Assembly: GCA_045863395.1 (NCBI GenBank)
Contig: BTVJ01000004.1
Location: forward strand, 64,001 to 128,000
DNA: 64,000 bases
Direction: 5' to 3'
Origin: Myxococcales bacterium
GTDB taxonomy: Bacteria; Myxococcota_A; UBA9042; JABWCM01; BTVJ01
The position numbers and the translations under genes are program-made. Shown in pieces: positions 47,363 through 57,680 of the stretch (positions are counted from its first letter, which is position 1; each line of letters opens with the position of its first letter). The notes beneath the pieces are model-generated. The model did no database searches. It was not told the DNA's origin and saw only the letters and a program-made list of their open reading frames with translations.

Positions 47363-49150
47363 GTGACGCGACGCGTTGCGTGGGCAGTCGCCCTTGCTTG
47401 GGCCTTCGCGAGTCCGGCCCGCGCGGACTGGGTCAGCCCCGGCCCGCTCGCGAGCGCCCACGCCGACCTCGACCAGAGCGACCGCTGCGACAAGTGCCAC
47501 GACCCGGGAGCCGGAGTCAGCGCGCGGCGCTGCGTCGCGTGCCACGAGCACGCCGCCGGCCCGCCTGCCGCGCGCGAGACCTGGCACTTCCGGGAGCAGG
47601 TCAAGGGCTCGGGCAAGGCCTGCGCAGACTGCCACCGCGACCACAAGGGCCGCACCTACCCGCTGATCCGGTGGACGCCCCCCGCGGACTTCGATCACAA
47701 GACGACGGGCTTCGTGCTGGACGGCGCCCACCGGGGCCTCGACTGCGGCGCCTGCCACAGCCGCCAGCCCCGCTACCTGGGCCTGAAGCCGGCGTGCGTG
47801 TCCTGCCACAAGGACCCCCACGGCGGACAGCTCGGCGCCTGCACCGGCTGTCACACGACCGCGTCCTTCCTGCCGCCGGCCTTCGACCACGCCAAGGCCC
47901 GGTTCCCCCTGGAGGGGCGCCACACGTCCATCGCGTGCGCCTCCTGCCACCGGGCGCGACCGGACGGCAAGCCCCACTACAAGCCCATCGCCCACGGCCG
48001 CTGCGCCGACTGCCACAAGGACCCGCACCAGGGGCGGACCTTCCTGTCGGACTGCTCGTCCTGCCACGAGGTCGGGGGCTGGCAGAAGACCCGCGGCCTG
48101 CCCCCGGCCCACGAGCCCTCCGGGTGGCCGCTGGTCGGCAAGCACGCGCCCGTCGCCTGCGCGGACTGCCACGGCACGGACCTCGGGCGCCGCGTGGAGA
48201 CCGCGTGCGCGAGCTGCCACGCGGACCCGCACGCGGGGCGCTTCGGCGGCGACTGCGCCCGGTGCCACGACGAGCGCGGGTGGAAGCAGCAGAAGCCCGG
48301 CAGCTTCGATCACGGGCTGACCCGCTTCCCTCTGCGGGGGCGGCACGCGGGCGTCAAGTGCGCGAAGTGCCACGCGCCGAAGGGGGGGACGCCGGTCTAC
48401 AAGGGCATCCCCTTCGGGCGCTGCGAGGACTGCCACGCGGACCCGCACCGCATGACCTTCGCGTCCGCGGCGACGTGCGCCTCGTGCCACGACGAGCAGG
48501 GGTTCTCTCCGGCGACGTTTGGACTCGTGGAGCACGAGCGTGCCCGGTGGCCTCTGACCGGCTCGCACCGCGCGGCGCGGTGCGAGGCGTGCCACAAGCG
48601 GGAGCCCGGCGGGATCCCGCAGCTCGCGGTGGCGGACACCCGCTGCGTCGCCTGCCACAAGTCCCCCCATGGCGAGCAGTTCGTGAAGACGATCACCGAG
48701 CGCGGCTGCGAGGCTTGCCACTCGACGCGCGGCTTCCGGGCGAGCGCCTTCGACCACGAGGCGACCCGCTTCCCCCTGCGAGGCGCCCACGCCAACGCGG
48801 CCTGCGCGTCGTGCCACCGGGGCAACCCGATTCAATACGAGGGGCTGCCGCTGTCGTGCGAGGGCTGCCACGTCGACGTGCACAGAGGACAGTTTCGCAC
48901 GACGGCGCGGGCGCGGCCCTGCACGGACTGCCATGGGAGCGACTCGTTCCGCATCCCGATCCTGGAGGGCGAGGCCGCCGACTGGCACCTCCGGGTGACC
49001 GGCTCGCCGCTGGACGGTGCGCACGAGAAGGTGGCGTGCGCCAGGTGCCACCCCACGGTGGAGCTGGGGGCAGAGGTGGTCCACTGGCGGCTCGGACCCA
49101 AGGGGTGCGCGGACTGCCACCAGAACCCCCACGCGCGAGGTGACCGATGA
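47363..49150 (+). CDS. Multiheme cytochrome c (23 CxxCH)
   Basis: Signal peptide ARA. 23 CxxCH counted manually. Repeating FDH...FPLxGxH units. Confidence 0.93.
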   Translation: MTRRVAWAVALAWAFASPARADWVSPGPLASAHADLDQSDRCDKCHDPGAGVSARRCVACHEHAAGPPAARETWHFREQVKGSGKACADCHRDHKGRTYPLIRWTPPADFDHKTTGFVLDGAHRGLDCGACHSRQPRYLGLKPACVSCHKDPHGGQLGACTGCHTTASFLPPAFDHAKARFPLEGRHTSIACASCHRARPDGKPHYKPIAHGRCADCHKDPHQGRTFLSDCSSCHEVGGWQKTRGLPPAHEPSGWPLVGKHAPVACADCHGTDLGRRVETACASCHADPHAGRFGGDCARCHDERGWKQQKPGSFDHGLTRFPLRGRHAGVKCAKCHAPKGGTPVYKGIPFGRCEDCHADPHRMTFASAATCASCHDEQGFSPATFGLVEHERARWPLTGSHRAARCEACHKREPGGIPQLAVADTRCVACHKSPHGEQFVKTITERGCEACHSTRGFRASAFDHEATRFPLRGAHANAACASCHRGNPIQYEGLPLSCEGCHVDVHRGQFRTTARARPCTDCHGSDSFRIPILEGEAADWHLRVTGSPLDGAHEKVACARCHPTVELGAEVVHWRLGPKGCADCHQNPHARGDR

Positions 49151-50133
49151 GGTGGGCGGTCCTCGTCCTGCTGGTGGTGAGCGCGCAGGCCGACGCAGCG
49201 CACCCCACCGACGACTGTGTGCGGTGCCACACCGCGGAGTCGTGGAAGGCGCTGCCCGAGCGGGTGGACTTCGACCACGCCTCGACGGGCTTCCCGCTGG
49301 TGGGGCTCCACGCGGGGGCGCGCTGTGTGGCGTGTCACGGGGCAGGCCTGAGCGCGACGGACCAGACCCCCACGGCGTGCGTCCGCTGCCACGAGGACCG
49401 GCACCAGGGGACCCTCGGGCGCGACTGCGAGCGGTGCCACGCGCCGACCGGGTGGCGCATCCCCACGGCGGTGCTCGACCACCGCGCCACCCGGTTCCCC
49501 CTGGCCGGAGCGCACATCGCCGCGGACTGTTCGGCGTGCCACCGCCGCGCCCGGGAGGGGGTGTGGGCCGGCGCCCCGACCCAGTGCTTCGCCTGCCACG
49601 CCGGCGACTGGCGCCGCCAGGACGTCCACCCGAACCACGCGAAGGCCAGCTTCTCCACGAGCTGCGACCTGTGCCACACCCAGTACACCTGGGCCATGCC
49701 GCGGCTGCGCCACGAGCTGTTCTACCCGCTGAGCGGCGCCCACGCGGTCGCGACCTGCACGGGCTGCCACAAGGGGGAGCGGTACGGGGGCACACCGACG
49801 GCCTGCGTGGGCTGCCACCGCCAGGACTACGACGCCGCGGCGGACCCGCCCCACGCCGCGACCCGGATGCCGCTCGACTGCGCGCGCTGCCACACGCCGG
49901 TCTCATGGGGCGCGCTGGCGGGTGGATGGCACGAGCCCTCGTTCCCCATCAGCAGGGGGAAGCACTCCGGGTTCTCGTGCGCCCAGTGCCACACGCGGCC
50001 CGGGAGCTGGCTCGACTTCTCCTGCATGGCCTGTCACCAGAAGGGCCCGACAGGAGGAGAGCACGGCGGCGTCGGTGGATATGTGTACGAGAACCACGCC
50101 TGCTGGGCGTGCCACCCGCGGGGAGACGACTGA
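49147..50133 (+). CDS. Multiheme cytochrome c (13 CxxCH)
   Basis: Signal peptide. 13 CxxCH counted. Ends CHPRGDD. ATGA overlap with the upstream gene. Confidence 0.93.
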   Translation: MRWAVLVLLVVSAQADAAHPTDDCVRCHTAESWKALPERVDFDHASTGFPLVGLHAGARCVACHGAGLSATDQTPTACVRCHEDRHQGTLGRDCERCHAPTGWRIPTAVLDHRATRFPLAGAHIAADCSACHRRAREGVWAGAPTQCFACHAGDWRRQDVHPNHAKASFSTSCDLCHTQYTWAMPRLRHELFYPLSGAHAVATCTGCHKGERYGGTPTACVGCHRQDYDAAADPPHAATRMPLDCARCHTPVSWGALAGGWHEPSFPISRGKHSGFSCAQCHTRPGSWLDFSCMACHQKGPTGGEHGGVGGYVYENHACWACHPRGDD

Positions 50134-50147
50134 TCATGGAGGGCCCG

Positions 50148-52106
50148 ATGGCGCGCTGGTTGGTCCTGCTCCCGCTGCTCGCTGCGTGCGGATCCACGCC
50201 CTCCCCCGAGCACCACGCCTTCGCCGTGATGACGGACTGCGCGTCCTGCCACCTGGACCGCTGGAAGGCGTCCGAGCAGCCTCCCCACTCGGCGCTGGAC
50301 CTCCCCAAGGCGTGCGGGGACTGCCACACCACGGCCGGGTGGCCCGGAGCGAGCTTCGACATCCACGACCAGTTCTTCGTGCTGGACGGGCGGCACACGT
50401 CCCTGGACTGCAAGGACTGCCACGTGGGCGGCCAGTACACGGGCACCGCGGCGGAGTGCTTCGCGTGCCACGCGGCGGCCTACGAGGGCGCGGACGCTCA
50501 CCAGGACCGCGGCTACCCCCACGGGTGCGGCCGCTGCCACAAGACGAGCGGCTGGGAGCCCCCGACCTGGAAGGGCCACGGCTGGCCCCTGACGGGCAAG
50601 CACGCCAAGACGAAGTGCTCCGCCTGCCACGCGAACGAGGTCTGGGAGGGGACGCCGAGCACGTGCGCCGGCTGCCACCTGCCCGACTATCAGGGGGCGG
50701 CCGACCCGGACCATGTGGCCGCGAGCTTCCCTCAGACCTGCGAGGTGTGCCACGGGACGAGCGCCTGGGAGCCCGCCACGTACTCGGGGCACGACGACGT
50801 CTGGCCGCTCTTGGGCAAGCACCAGACGGCGCCGTGCGCCTCTTGCCACACGGGGGGCGTGTACTCCGGCACCCCGCGGGAGTGCAAGGGCTGCCACCTG
50901 CCCGACTACCAGGGAGCCAAAGACCCGGACCACGTGACGGCGGGCTACCCCACGTCCTGCGAGGTCTGCCACACGCCGGCGGCGTGGAAGCCCGCGAGCT
51001 TCGACGGACACGACACCTACTGGCCCCTGACGGGCAAGCACGAGGCCACGGTGTGTGGGTCCTGCCACGTGGGCGGCGTCTACGCCGGGACCCCGCGGGA
51101 GTGCAAGGGCTGCCACCTGCCGGACTACTCAGGCGCCAACGACCCGGACCACGTGGCCGCGGCCTTCCCCCAGACCTGTGACATCTGCCACTCGACGGCG
51201 GCCTGGGAGCCCGCCAGCTTCGCGGGCCACGACGCCTACTGGGCGCTGACCGGAAAGCACAAGGCCACGGAGTGTGGGTCGTGTCACGTGGGGGGCGTGT
51301 ACGCCGGCACCCCGCGGGAGTGCAAGGGCTGCCACCTGCCCGACTACTCAGCCGCCAAGGACCCGGACCACGTGGCCACAGGCTTCCCCCAGACGTGCGA
51401 CACCTGCCACTCCACGGCCGCGTGGGAGCCCGCGAGCTACGAGGGCCACGACGCCTACTGGGCCCTGACGGGCAAGCACAAGACCACGGCCTGTGGGTCC
51501 TGCCATGTGGGCGGCGTCTACGCCGGCACTCCGAAGCAGTGCGAGGGCTGCCACCTGCCGGACTACCAGGGGGCGGCGGACCCGGACCACGTGGCCTCGA
51601 GCTTCCCCAAGACCTGCGACACCTGCCACACCACCGCGGCCTGGGAGCCGGCGGCTTTTGGGGACCACGACGCCTTCTGGCCGTTGACCGGCAAGCACCA
51701 GACCACCTCGTGCGCGTCCTGCCACGCGGGGGGCGTCTACGCCGGCACCCCCAAGCAGTGCCAGGGCTGCCACACGCCCGACTGGACCGCCGCGGCCGAC
51801 CCGAGCCACAGCAAGCTCGCGCTTCCCAAGACCTGCGAGACGTGCCACACGACCAGCGGTTGGGCGACGACGAAGTTCCCCGGGCATGACACGCTGTTCC
51901 CGATCACGAGCGGCAAGCACAGTTTCTCGTGCGCGAGCTGCCACAAGGGAGCCACCTGGAGCGTGTTCACCTGCGTCGGCTGCCACGCCCTGTCCCAGAT
52001 GAACGCGAAGCACCTCGGGGAGGTCGGCAACTACCAGGCCACGCTCAACGCCGCGCCGACCGTCGACCACGGGTGCCTGAAGTGCCACCCGAAGGGAGAT
52101 GACTGA
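50148..52106 (+). CDS. Lipoprotein multiheme cytochrome c (26 CxxCH) built from 73-aa triheme repeats
   Basis: Lipobox LAAC after a GGAGG RBS. 26 CxxCH counted. Ends CHPKGDD. Confidence 0.93.
   Translation: MARWLVLLPLLAACGSTPSPEHHAFAVMTDCASCHLDRWKASEQPPHSALDLPKACGDCHTTAGWPGASFDIHDQFFVLDGRHTSLDCKDCHVGGQYTGTAAECFACHAAAYEGADAHQDRGYPHGCGRCHKTSGWEPPTWKGHGWPLTGKHAKTKCSACHANEVWEGTPSTCAGCHLPDYQGAADPDHVAASFPQTCEVCHGTSAWEPATYSGHDDVWPLLGKHQTAPCASCHTGGVYSGTPRECKGCHLPDYQGAKDPDHVTAGYPTSCEVCHTPAAWKPASFDGHDTYWPLTGKHEATVCGSCHVGGVYAGTPRECKGCHLPDYSGANDPDHVAAAFPQTCDICHSTAAWEPASFAGHDAYWALTGKHKATECGSCHVGGVYAGTPRECKGCHLPDYSAAKDPDHVATGFPQTCDTCHSTAAWEPASYEGHDAYWALTGKHKTTACGSCHVGGVYAGTPKQCEGCHLPDYQGAADPDHVASSFPKTCDTCHTTAAWEPAAFGDHDAFWPLTGKHQTTSCASCHAGGVYAGTPKQCQGCHTPDWTAAADPSHSKLALPKTCETCHTTSGWATTKFPGHDTLFPITSGKHSFSCASCHKGATWSVFTCVGCHALSQMNAKHLGEVGNYQATLNAAPTVDHGCLKCHPKGDD
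50583..51896 (+). repeat. Intragenic 219-bp tandem repeat x6 (triheme module)
   Basis: W(P/A)L(T/L)GKH codons recur at 50583, 50802, 51021, 51240, 51459 and 51678. Confidence 0.9.
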
Positions 52107-53729
52107 ATGGCCCGGCTGCTCGCAGGGATCGCGCTCGTGCTGCTCGCGCAGAGCGCGTGGGCCGGTGAGATCACCGGCGTCCGGCGCGGGGTGGTGTACG
52201 TGTCGCTGGGCTCCGCGGACGGGGTCTCGGAGGGGACGCGCCTCGCCGCTGCGGGCGCGGTGCTGGAGGCCACGGAGGTCGGCGAGCGCCAGTGCGCGAC
52301 CAAGGTGGTCGAGGGGGCGACGCCGCCCGTCGGCGCGGTGGTGGACGCCCCGCAGCAGGCCCAGCCCGAGACCGGTCGCAAGCCGCCGCGTGTGCTGCCG
52401 GCGCCGGAGCGGCTCGCAGAGCGCGCCGGGGACGACCTGGTCCGGGACCTGGGCGCCCTGCCCCGCCCCAAGGTGGTACACGCGGTCGGGGAGAGACCGG
52501 CCCGCGAGACGACGATCCACGGCGACGTGCAGGTGAGCTGGGTGGGGCTCTTCGACACGGACCCACAGCAGCGCCAGGACCTGGGCCTGCACGCGGTGCG
52601 GGTGCGAAGTCGCTTGACGGCGGGCGACATGGGCGGCCTGCCCCTGTCGTGGGCGCACGACGTGGGCTTCCGCGGCGACTTCGGCCCCAACCTGGGGGGG
52701 AGGGGCGGCGCCGACTCCCGGCCGTGGGTCGAGGCGCGGCGGGCAGCGCTGACCTGGGCGCCGGCCGGTGCCACCGTGAGTGGTGGCCGCCTGCTCATGC
52801 CGCTGCCCGTGCAAGGGGGGATCCTCGACGGCGCGTCCGTGGAGGCCGACCTCGGCAGCGTCCGCCTCGGCGCCTACGGTGGCCTGAGCCCGGACCTCAT
52901 GGACCTCGCCCCCGCCGCCGACGTGGGACGCTTCGGCGTGAGCGCGGACTGGCTCGGGGACCTGGACGCCGTGGACGTGCAGGTGAGCGCGGCCGTCGGG
53001 GGCTCCACGTGGCAGGGTGAGCTGGACCGGACGGCGCTGTCCCTCTCGACGGGCGTGTTCGCCGGACCGCTGCTGACCGTCCTCGGGGACGTGACCCTGG
53101 ACGCCTGGACCCAACACAACCCCGCGGACCGCCCCCCCGTCGACCTGACCGAGGCGTTCGTCGTCGTGCAGAGCCGCCCCCTGGACTGGCTCACCCTGGA
53201 CGCCCACTACGCCTTCAGCCGCGAGGCGCTCACCCGCGAGCTGGCCGCCCGGTGGCCGGAGCTGCTGGAGACTCCGGCGATGGAGCCCTCCCACGTCGCG
53301 TGGCTCCAGGCGACGGTCCGCCCGCTGCCATGGCTGTCGGTGGGCCAGGCAGGAGGAGCCGGCTTCGGCGCGGAGTGGGCGGAGGGCTGGTGGCTCCGGA
53401 GCCGCCTCGATCTGCTCCGGCTCCCAGTCACGGGCACGGACCTCCACGTCGGGTACTCCTGGCAGCAGACGGTGGCGACCCGCGTCCAGGTCGCCAGCCT
53501 GCGCATCGGGCAGCCCCTGACCGACGAGGTGCAGCTCACGGCGGGCTACGCCTTCGTCACGAGCCAGCTCCGGCGCCTGGACGAGCGCTACGACCAGCAC
53601 GAGGTGGAGGCGGGCGTCTCCGCCTGGCTCCCCTTTGGCCTCACGGCGGACGTGTCGGGGACTGTGCTGCTGGACGAGGCGCTTGGCCCGGTCATCGTCG
53701 CAGCGGTGCATGGCGGGTGGAGGTTCTAG
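52107..53729 (+). CDS. Putative outer-membrane beta-barrel (porin of a porin-cytochrome complex)
   Basis: Signal peptide AWA, alternating amphipathic strands and C-terminal aromatic signature GGWRF. Directly follows the multiheme genes. Confidence 0.7.
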   Translation: MARLLAGIALVLLAQSAWAGEITGVRRGVVYVSLGSADGVSEGTRLAAAGAVLEATEVGERQCATKVVEGATPPVGAVVDAPQQAQPETGRKPPRVLPAPERLAERAGDDLVRDLGALPRPKVVHAVGERPARETTIHGDVQVSWVGLFDTDPQQRQDLGLHAVRVRSRLTAGDMGGLPLSWAHDVGFRGDFGPNLGGRGGADSRPWVEARRAALTWAPAGATVSGGRLLMPLPVQGGILDGASVEADLGSVRLGAYGGLSPDLMDLAPAADVGRFGVSADWLGDLDAVDVQVSAAVGGSTWQGELDRTALSLSTGVFAGPLLTVLGDVTLDAWTQHNPADRPPVDLTEAFVVVQSRPLDWLTLDAHYAFSREALTRELAARWPELLETPAMEPSHVAWLQATVRPLPWLSVGQAGGAGFGAEWAEGWWLRSRLDLLRLPVTGTDLHVGYSWQQTVATRVQVASLRIGQPLTDEVQLTAGYAFVTSQLRRLDERYDQHEVEAGVSAWLPFGLTADVSGTVLLDEALGPVIVAAVHGGWRF

Positions 53730-53731
53730 GC

Positions 53732-54643
53732 GTGGCTCACAAGGGCGCAGACGTCCCAACACGGCGCCTGGGCGCAGGCCGCAAGCTCTTCGTGGCGGCG
53801 CTGCTGCTGGTCGGCGCGGGCACGGCCGCGGTGCTTGCCGAGCGCGGCTGGGACTACTACGGCATGAACGCCTGGGAGCGGGCGGAGCGCCCCGACCTGG
53901 CAACGCTCGGGTCGAGCGGCGCCGCGGGCCTGGCCTACGGCATCGCCGGAACGGCGCTGATCCTCGTCAACCTCACCTACCTGCTCCGGCGCCACGTCCC
54001 GTTCATGCGGCAGGCGGGCAGCCTGCGCACCTGGATGGAGCTCCACGTGCTGACCGGCCTGCTCGGCCCCCTGCTGGTGCTCTTCCACTCGGCCTTCGAG
54101 CTGCGGACGGAGCTCGCCACCGGCGCCCTCAGCGCGCTCGGCGTCCTGGTGGTCACGGGCATCGTGGGCCGCTACATCTACGCCCAGGTCCCGCGAACCG
54201 TGTCAGGCGCCGAGGCGGGCCCCCAGGCGCTGTCCGTCCGAGCGGACCAGGCGGAGGCAGCCCTGGCGCGGGCGCTGGGCCCCGGCTCCCCCCACCTGGA
54301 CGCAATCCGTGCGCTCGCGGGCCGCGAGAACCCCGTGCCCCGGAGCCGCCTCCTGTGCCTCCTCATGCTCCCCGTGATCTCCGCCCGGACGCTGGGCGTG
54401 CGCCTCGCCATCCGGTCGCTGGGGCGGCGCATCGCGCGAGACTGCGAGAGCGGGGTCGACACGGGCGCCGTGCTCGCGGACCTGGAGGACGTGGTCCTCA
54501 TCCGCCAGCGCCTCCAGGCCCTGGAGACCTTCCGCGAGCTGATGCGCTGGTGGCGCGGCCTCCACCGGGCCTTCGCGATCCTCATGTTCGCCGCCGCTCT
54601 GGTTCACATCGCCGTGGTGACGGCGCTCGGCTACGGGCTGTAG
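53732..54643 (+). CDS. Inner-membrane protein with His in TM helices (cytochrome b / ferric-reductase-like)
   Basis: About 5-6 TMs. WMELHVLTG..GP.LVLFH, GRYIYAQ.P, W..LH......HI. GTG start inferred at 53732. Confidence 0.75.
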   Translation: MAHKGADVPTRRLGAGRKLFVAALLLVGAGTAAVLAERGWDYYGMNAWERAERPDLATLGSSGAAGLAYGIAGTALILVNLTYLLRRHVPFMRQAGSLRTWMELHVLTGLLGPLLVLFHSAFELRTELATGALSALGVLVVTGIVGRYIYAQVPRTVSGAEAGPQALSVRADQAEAALARALGPGSPHLDAIRALAGRENPVPRSRLLCLLMLPVISARTLGVRLAIRSLGRRIARDCESGVDTGAVLADLEDVVLIRQRLQALETFRELMRWWRGLHRAFAILMFAAALVHIAVVTALGYGL

Positions 54644-54652
54644 GGAGGCACC

Positions 54653-54907
54653 ATGCGCACGCTGTCGATGCTCTCGGTGCTCGCCGCCCTGCTGGCGGGG
54701 TGCGAAGACGACCAGCGCTTCTCCCCGCCCGGGCTCCCCGGCGCCTGCAATCCTGAACAACGAGCCTGCTACGACCACCCCCAGGACGGTCGCCCCATCC
54801 TGCTGCGCTGCAACGACGGGTCGGTCAAGGGGGCCGTGTGGGTCGTGGACCGGGTCTGCGCGGAGGGCGAGGTGTGCGAGCAGGCCGCCTGCGCCCCGGT
54901 GGGGTGA
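54653..54907 (+). CDS. Small Cys-rich lipoprotein
   Basis: Lipobox LAGC and six further Cys. RBS GGGAGG. Confidence 0.75.
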   Translation: MRTLSMLSVLAALLAGCEDDQRFSPPGLPGACNPEQRACYDHPQDGRPILLRCNDGSVKGAVWVVDRVCAEGEVCEQAACAPVG

Positions 54908-55238
54908 CGTGTCACGAATCGAGGAGCGCGTAGACCGGACGCTCGGGGGGCAGGGAGACCGTGTGGCAGGCGTCCGATGCTCCTGAGGCATCGCGGCGCC
55001 ACGGGGGCCCGCGCACGCCATCGCAGGTGCCGTTGGGACCGAGGCTGATCCGAACCACGACGCCCTCCGCCTCGTGGTGGAGCCGACAGGGTCGCCGCAG
55101 CCTTGCCCCTCCCCGAACGGGACCGCGATCTCTGCTCGGCGCGCAGACGCTGCGCCCCAGGACGACCAGCCTCCGTGACGCCGTGCGCCCCGACGCTGCG
55201 CCGGGAGGGTCGCCTCAGGGGCGCTCCGCAACCGGCCC

Positions 55239-57101
55239 CTACCGCCCCACGACCAGGTGCAGGTTCGCGGCTGACCCGCTCTGGTTCTCGATCTCCACCG
55301 TATTGATCGTCTTGCGCACCCGCAGGTCCTTCGGCGGGTCGTTGCCCCACAGCTCGATCTCGTTGGCGCCGTTGTTCACCGTCGACCAGACGCTCAACAC
55401 CGTGATGGTCACCTGGTTGGTCACCACGGGGGCCAGGTCATACAGGTTGGTCCCCTGGCTGTTTGCCAGCGTGACCGTCTGGATGCTCCCGTCCGAGAAG
55501 TTGAGCCGGATGTCCTTGTTCCACTCGCAGGAGCAGCCGCGCTGCTTGTAGCCGATCTTGCGGAGCTGGTAGTTCTTGTCGAGCTTGATGGTCAGCCACG
55601 AACCCACTCCCTGGCCGTTGGTCGCCCAGGCATCGGTCGCGCCGTCGTTGTAGGCGCCGTCCACGGCGTTGCTGCACCCGTAGGAGCCGTTGATCCCCGC
55701 GCCCTGGTAGGCCGACGACTGGCCGATGCAGGTGCCACCCTTGGCCGCGGACGCCACGTTCATCAACTCGGAGCCCGCGGTGTCTGAGCCGGTGATCGCG
55801 TCCCACTTGCCGTCGGCCGCCTGCACCCACGCCGAGACGAGGACGTCGAGGGTCCCGAGCCCGTGGGTCAGCACCAGGCTCTGCCCGCTGGCCACCGACG
55901 TCGGGCCCGCGGTCAGCAGGCTCGTCGAGGTAGTGGGGCCCACGTCCTTCCACCCCCCCGCGCCGTAGGTCTGGAGCGTGTCCGTCGTCGTGTTGTAGAC
56001 CAGGAGCCCTGCCGTCGGGCCGGCGATGGAGTTGCGCTGGGCCGTCGTCACGCGCGGCGGAAGGAGCCCCCGCGTCACGGACCGCACCTCCAGCAGGGCC
56101 GCCGCGTGGGGCGTCGTCCCGGACCCGTCGTTGACCAGGAGGCCCGCCCCACCCGGGCCGATCAGAGCGCCCGCCGCCGTGAGCTGCCCCACGCTGGCCG
56201 CGCCGGACACGGCCAGGTCGCCGCCCGAGACCGTGAAGGTGCCGTAGGAGGTGCCGCCGCCGAGCTGGAGCGGGCGCCAGGCGTCGTTGTTGGGGCTCCG
56301 GATCCGCAGCCCGCTCGCCGCCTGGGCGTTGAGCCAGCCGTCACCGTGGTCGGCGAGCGCCGCGTCCCGCACGAAGACCGCGCAGCCCGGCGCGCCGCTG
56401 GTGCATGCGTAGACGGCGCCGGCCGCGGAGAGCTGGCCCGTCGCGAGGGCCGACGCCAGGTCGCTGCTGCCGACGCAGCCCGTACAGGCCACGTCCACGG
56501 CAGGCCCGCCCGCGGTGACCGCACCCGCGTATGCGAAGCCGACCTTGGCGGTGGTCACCGCGCCGTCTTGAAGGTGCCCTGTCGCGACGGCGCCCCCCGC
56601 GAGGTCCGTCGACGACACGCACCCGGAGCAGTCCAGGTCCAGGGCGGCACCCCCCTTGCTCGCCGCCGCAGCCCAGGGGAAGTTGACGTGCGCAGAGGTC
56701 ACGCACCCTGAGCAGGAGAGGTCGAGGGCGACCAGCGCCCGCCTCGCGAGCAGGGCCGTCGCCACTGGCCGCATGGGCCGCCGGGGGAGCGGCTCCCCGG
56801 CCACCACGGTCTCCAGCCAGAGCACGCCCCCCTCGACGACCCCCTCGGGCACTGGCCCCAGCTCCACGTCGAAGAGCCCCGCCACGACGCTGACGCCGGG
56901 GACGGTCTGGGCGTAGAGGGGAGCCCCCCCGGTCTCCGCCCCGAACAGGCGGATCTCCATGTCGAAGTCACCGTTGGCCGGCGTCCCCCCGGACGTCATC
57001 ACGCTGCCCTGGACGCCCAGCACGCGCGTCGGGTCGACCTGCGCATGGGAGACGCTCGCCATGGCCAGCAGGATCACAGGGACCAGGAACCGGACGGTCA
57101 T
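55239..57101 (-). CDS. Secreted fibre/adhesin-like protein with CxGC repeats and C-terminal discoidin (F5/8 type C) domain
   Basis: Signal peptide SHA, shared N-terminal module, (D)xxCxGCV x3, GLLPPRVTTAQR..I..P.AGLLVYNT stalk motif, NAVDG...W...SWLTIKL...EIELWG. Confidence 0.82.
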   Translation of the reverse strand: MTVRFLVPVILLAMASVSHAQVDPTRVLGVQGSVMTSGGTPANGDFDMEIRLFGAETGGAPLYAQTVPGVSVVAGLFDVELGPVPEGVVEGGVLWLETVVAGEPLPRRPMRPVATALLARRALVALDLSCSGCVTSAHVNFPWAAAASKGGAALDLDCSGCVSSTDLAGGAVATGHLQDGAVTTAKVGFAYAGAVTAGGPAVDVACTGCVGSSDLASALATGQLSAAGAVYACTSGAPGCAVFVRDAALADHGDGWLNAQAASGLRIRSPNNDAWRPLQLGGGTSYGTFTVSGGDLAVSGAASVGQLTAAGALIGPGGAGLLVNDGSGTTPHAAALLEVRSVTRGLLPPRVTTAQRNSIAGPTAGLLVYNTTTDTLQTYGAGGWKDVGPTTSTSLLTAGPTSVASGQSLVLTHGLGTLDVLVSAWVQAADGKWDAITGSDTAGSELMNVASAAKGGTCIGQSSAYQGAGINGSYGCSNAVDGAYNDGATDAWATNGQGVGSWLTIKLDKNYQLRKIGYKQRGCSCEWNKDIRLNFSDGSIQTVTLANSQGTNLYDLAPVVTNQVTITVLSVWSTVNNGANEIELWGNDPPKDLRVRKTINTVEIENQSGSAANLHLVVGR

Positions 57102-57229
57102 GGCACATCTCCTCGCGTCCACGGTACGCCGCGGCGCAGCGCGCGGCGGCGTATGGGAGCGGTTCAGGTTCGAGGGGAGGCATCATACCACAGCCCGAGA
57201 CGCGGGGCCCACATGCGACGGCGGGAGAT

Positions 57230-57481
57230 CTACTTGGGCTGGGTCGTCGGCGTGCCGCCCGCCGGCTTGATGCCGCCGGGGGAGGTCGGGGTGCCCTTGA
57301 CGCCCCCGCCACCACCCTTCGTCGGGGGATCCGCACAGTAGAACGTGCCGCCGGCCGCCTCGTAGCGACAGACCTGGCCCTCTGGGCACTTGGGCTTGCA
57401 GTCTGCGCGAGCGATGCTGGCCGTCGCGACAAGGGTGGAGGCAACGAGGAGGCTCATGGCGAAACGGTTGAACATTCTCAC
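57230..57481 (-). CDS. Small secreted protein with four Cys
   Basis: Signal peptide ARA, then DCKPKCPEGQVCRY...FYC and a Gly/Pro-rich tail. Confidence 0.65.
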   Translation of the reverse strand: MRMFNRFAMSLLVASTLVATASIARADCKPKCPEGQVCRYEAAGGTFYCADPPTKGGGGGVKGTPTSPGGIKPAGGTPTTQPK

Positions 57482-57680
57482 GGGTGGATCCTCCGAATCA
57501 GTGGTGCTGCCTGGTGAAACACCAATCGCCCGGGTGCTGCGCGCTGTGCGCCGCCTGGGCTCCTTCGCTCGTGGCAGCCTGGTTGACCGCCTGCTCTGTG
57601 AAGTGGTTGGACGATGCGCCGGATCGCACGAGGAGTCAAGCCACCTCTCTGCGTCGGTCCAACGAACGGGCCCGTCGGTG

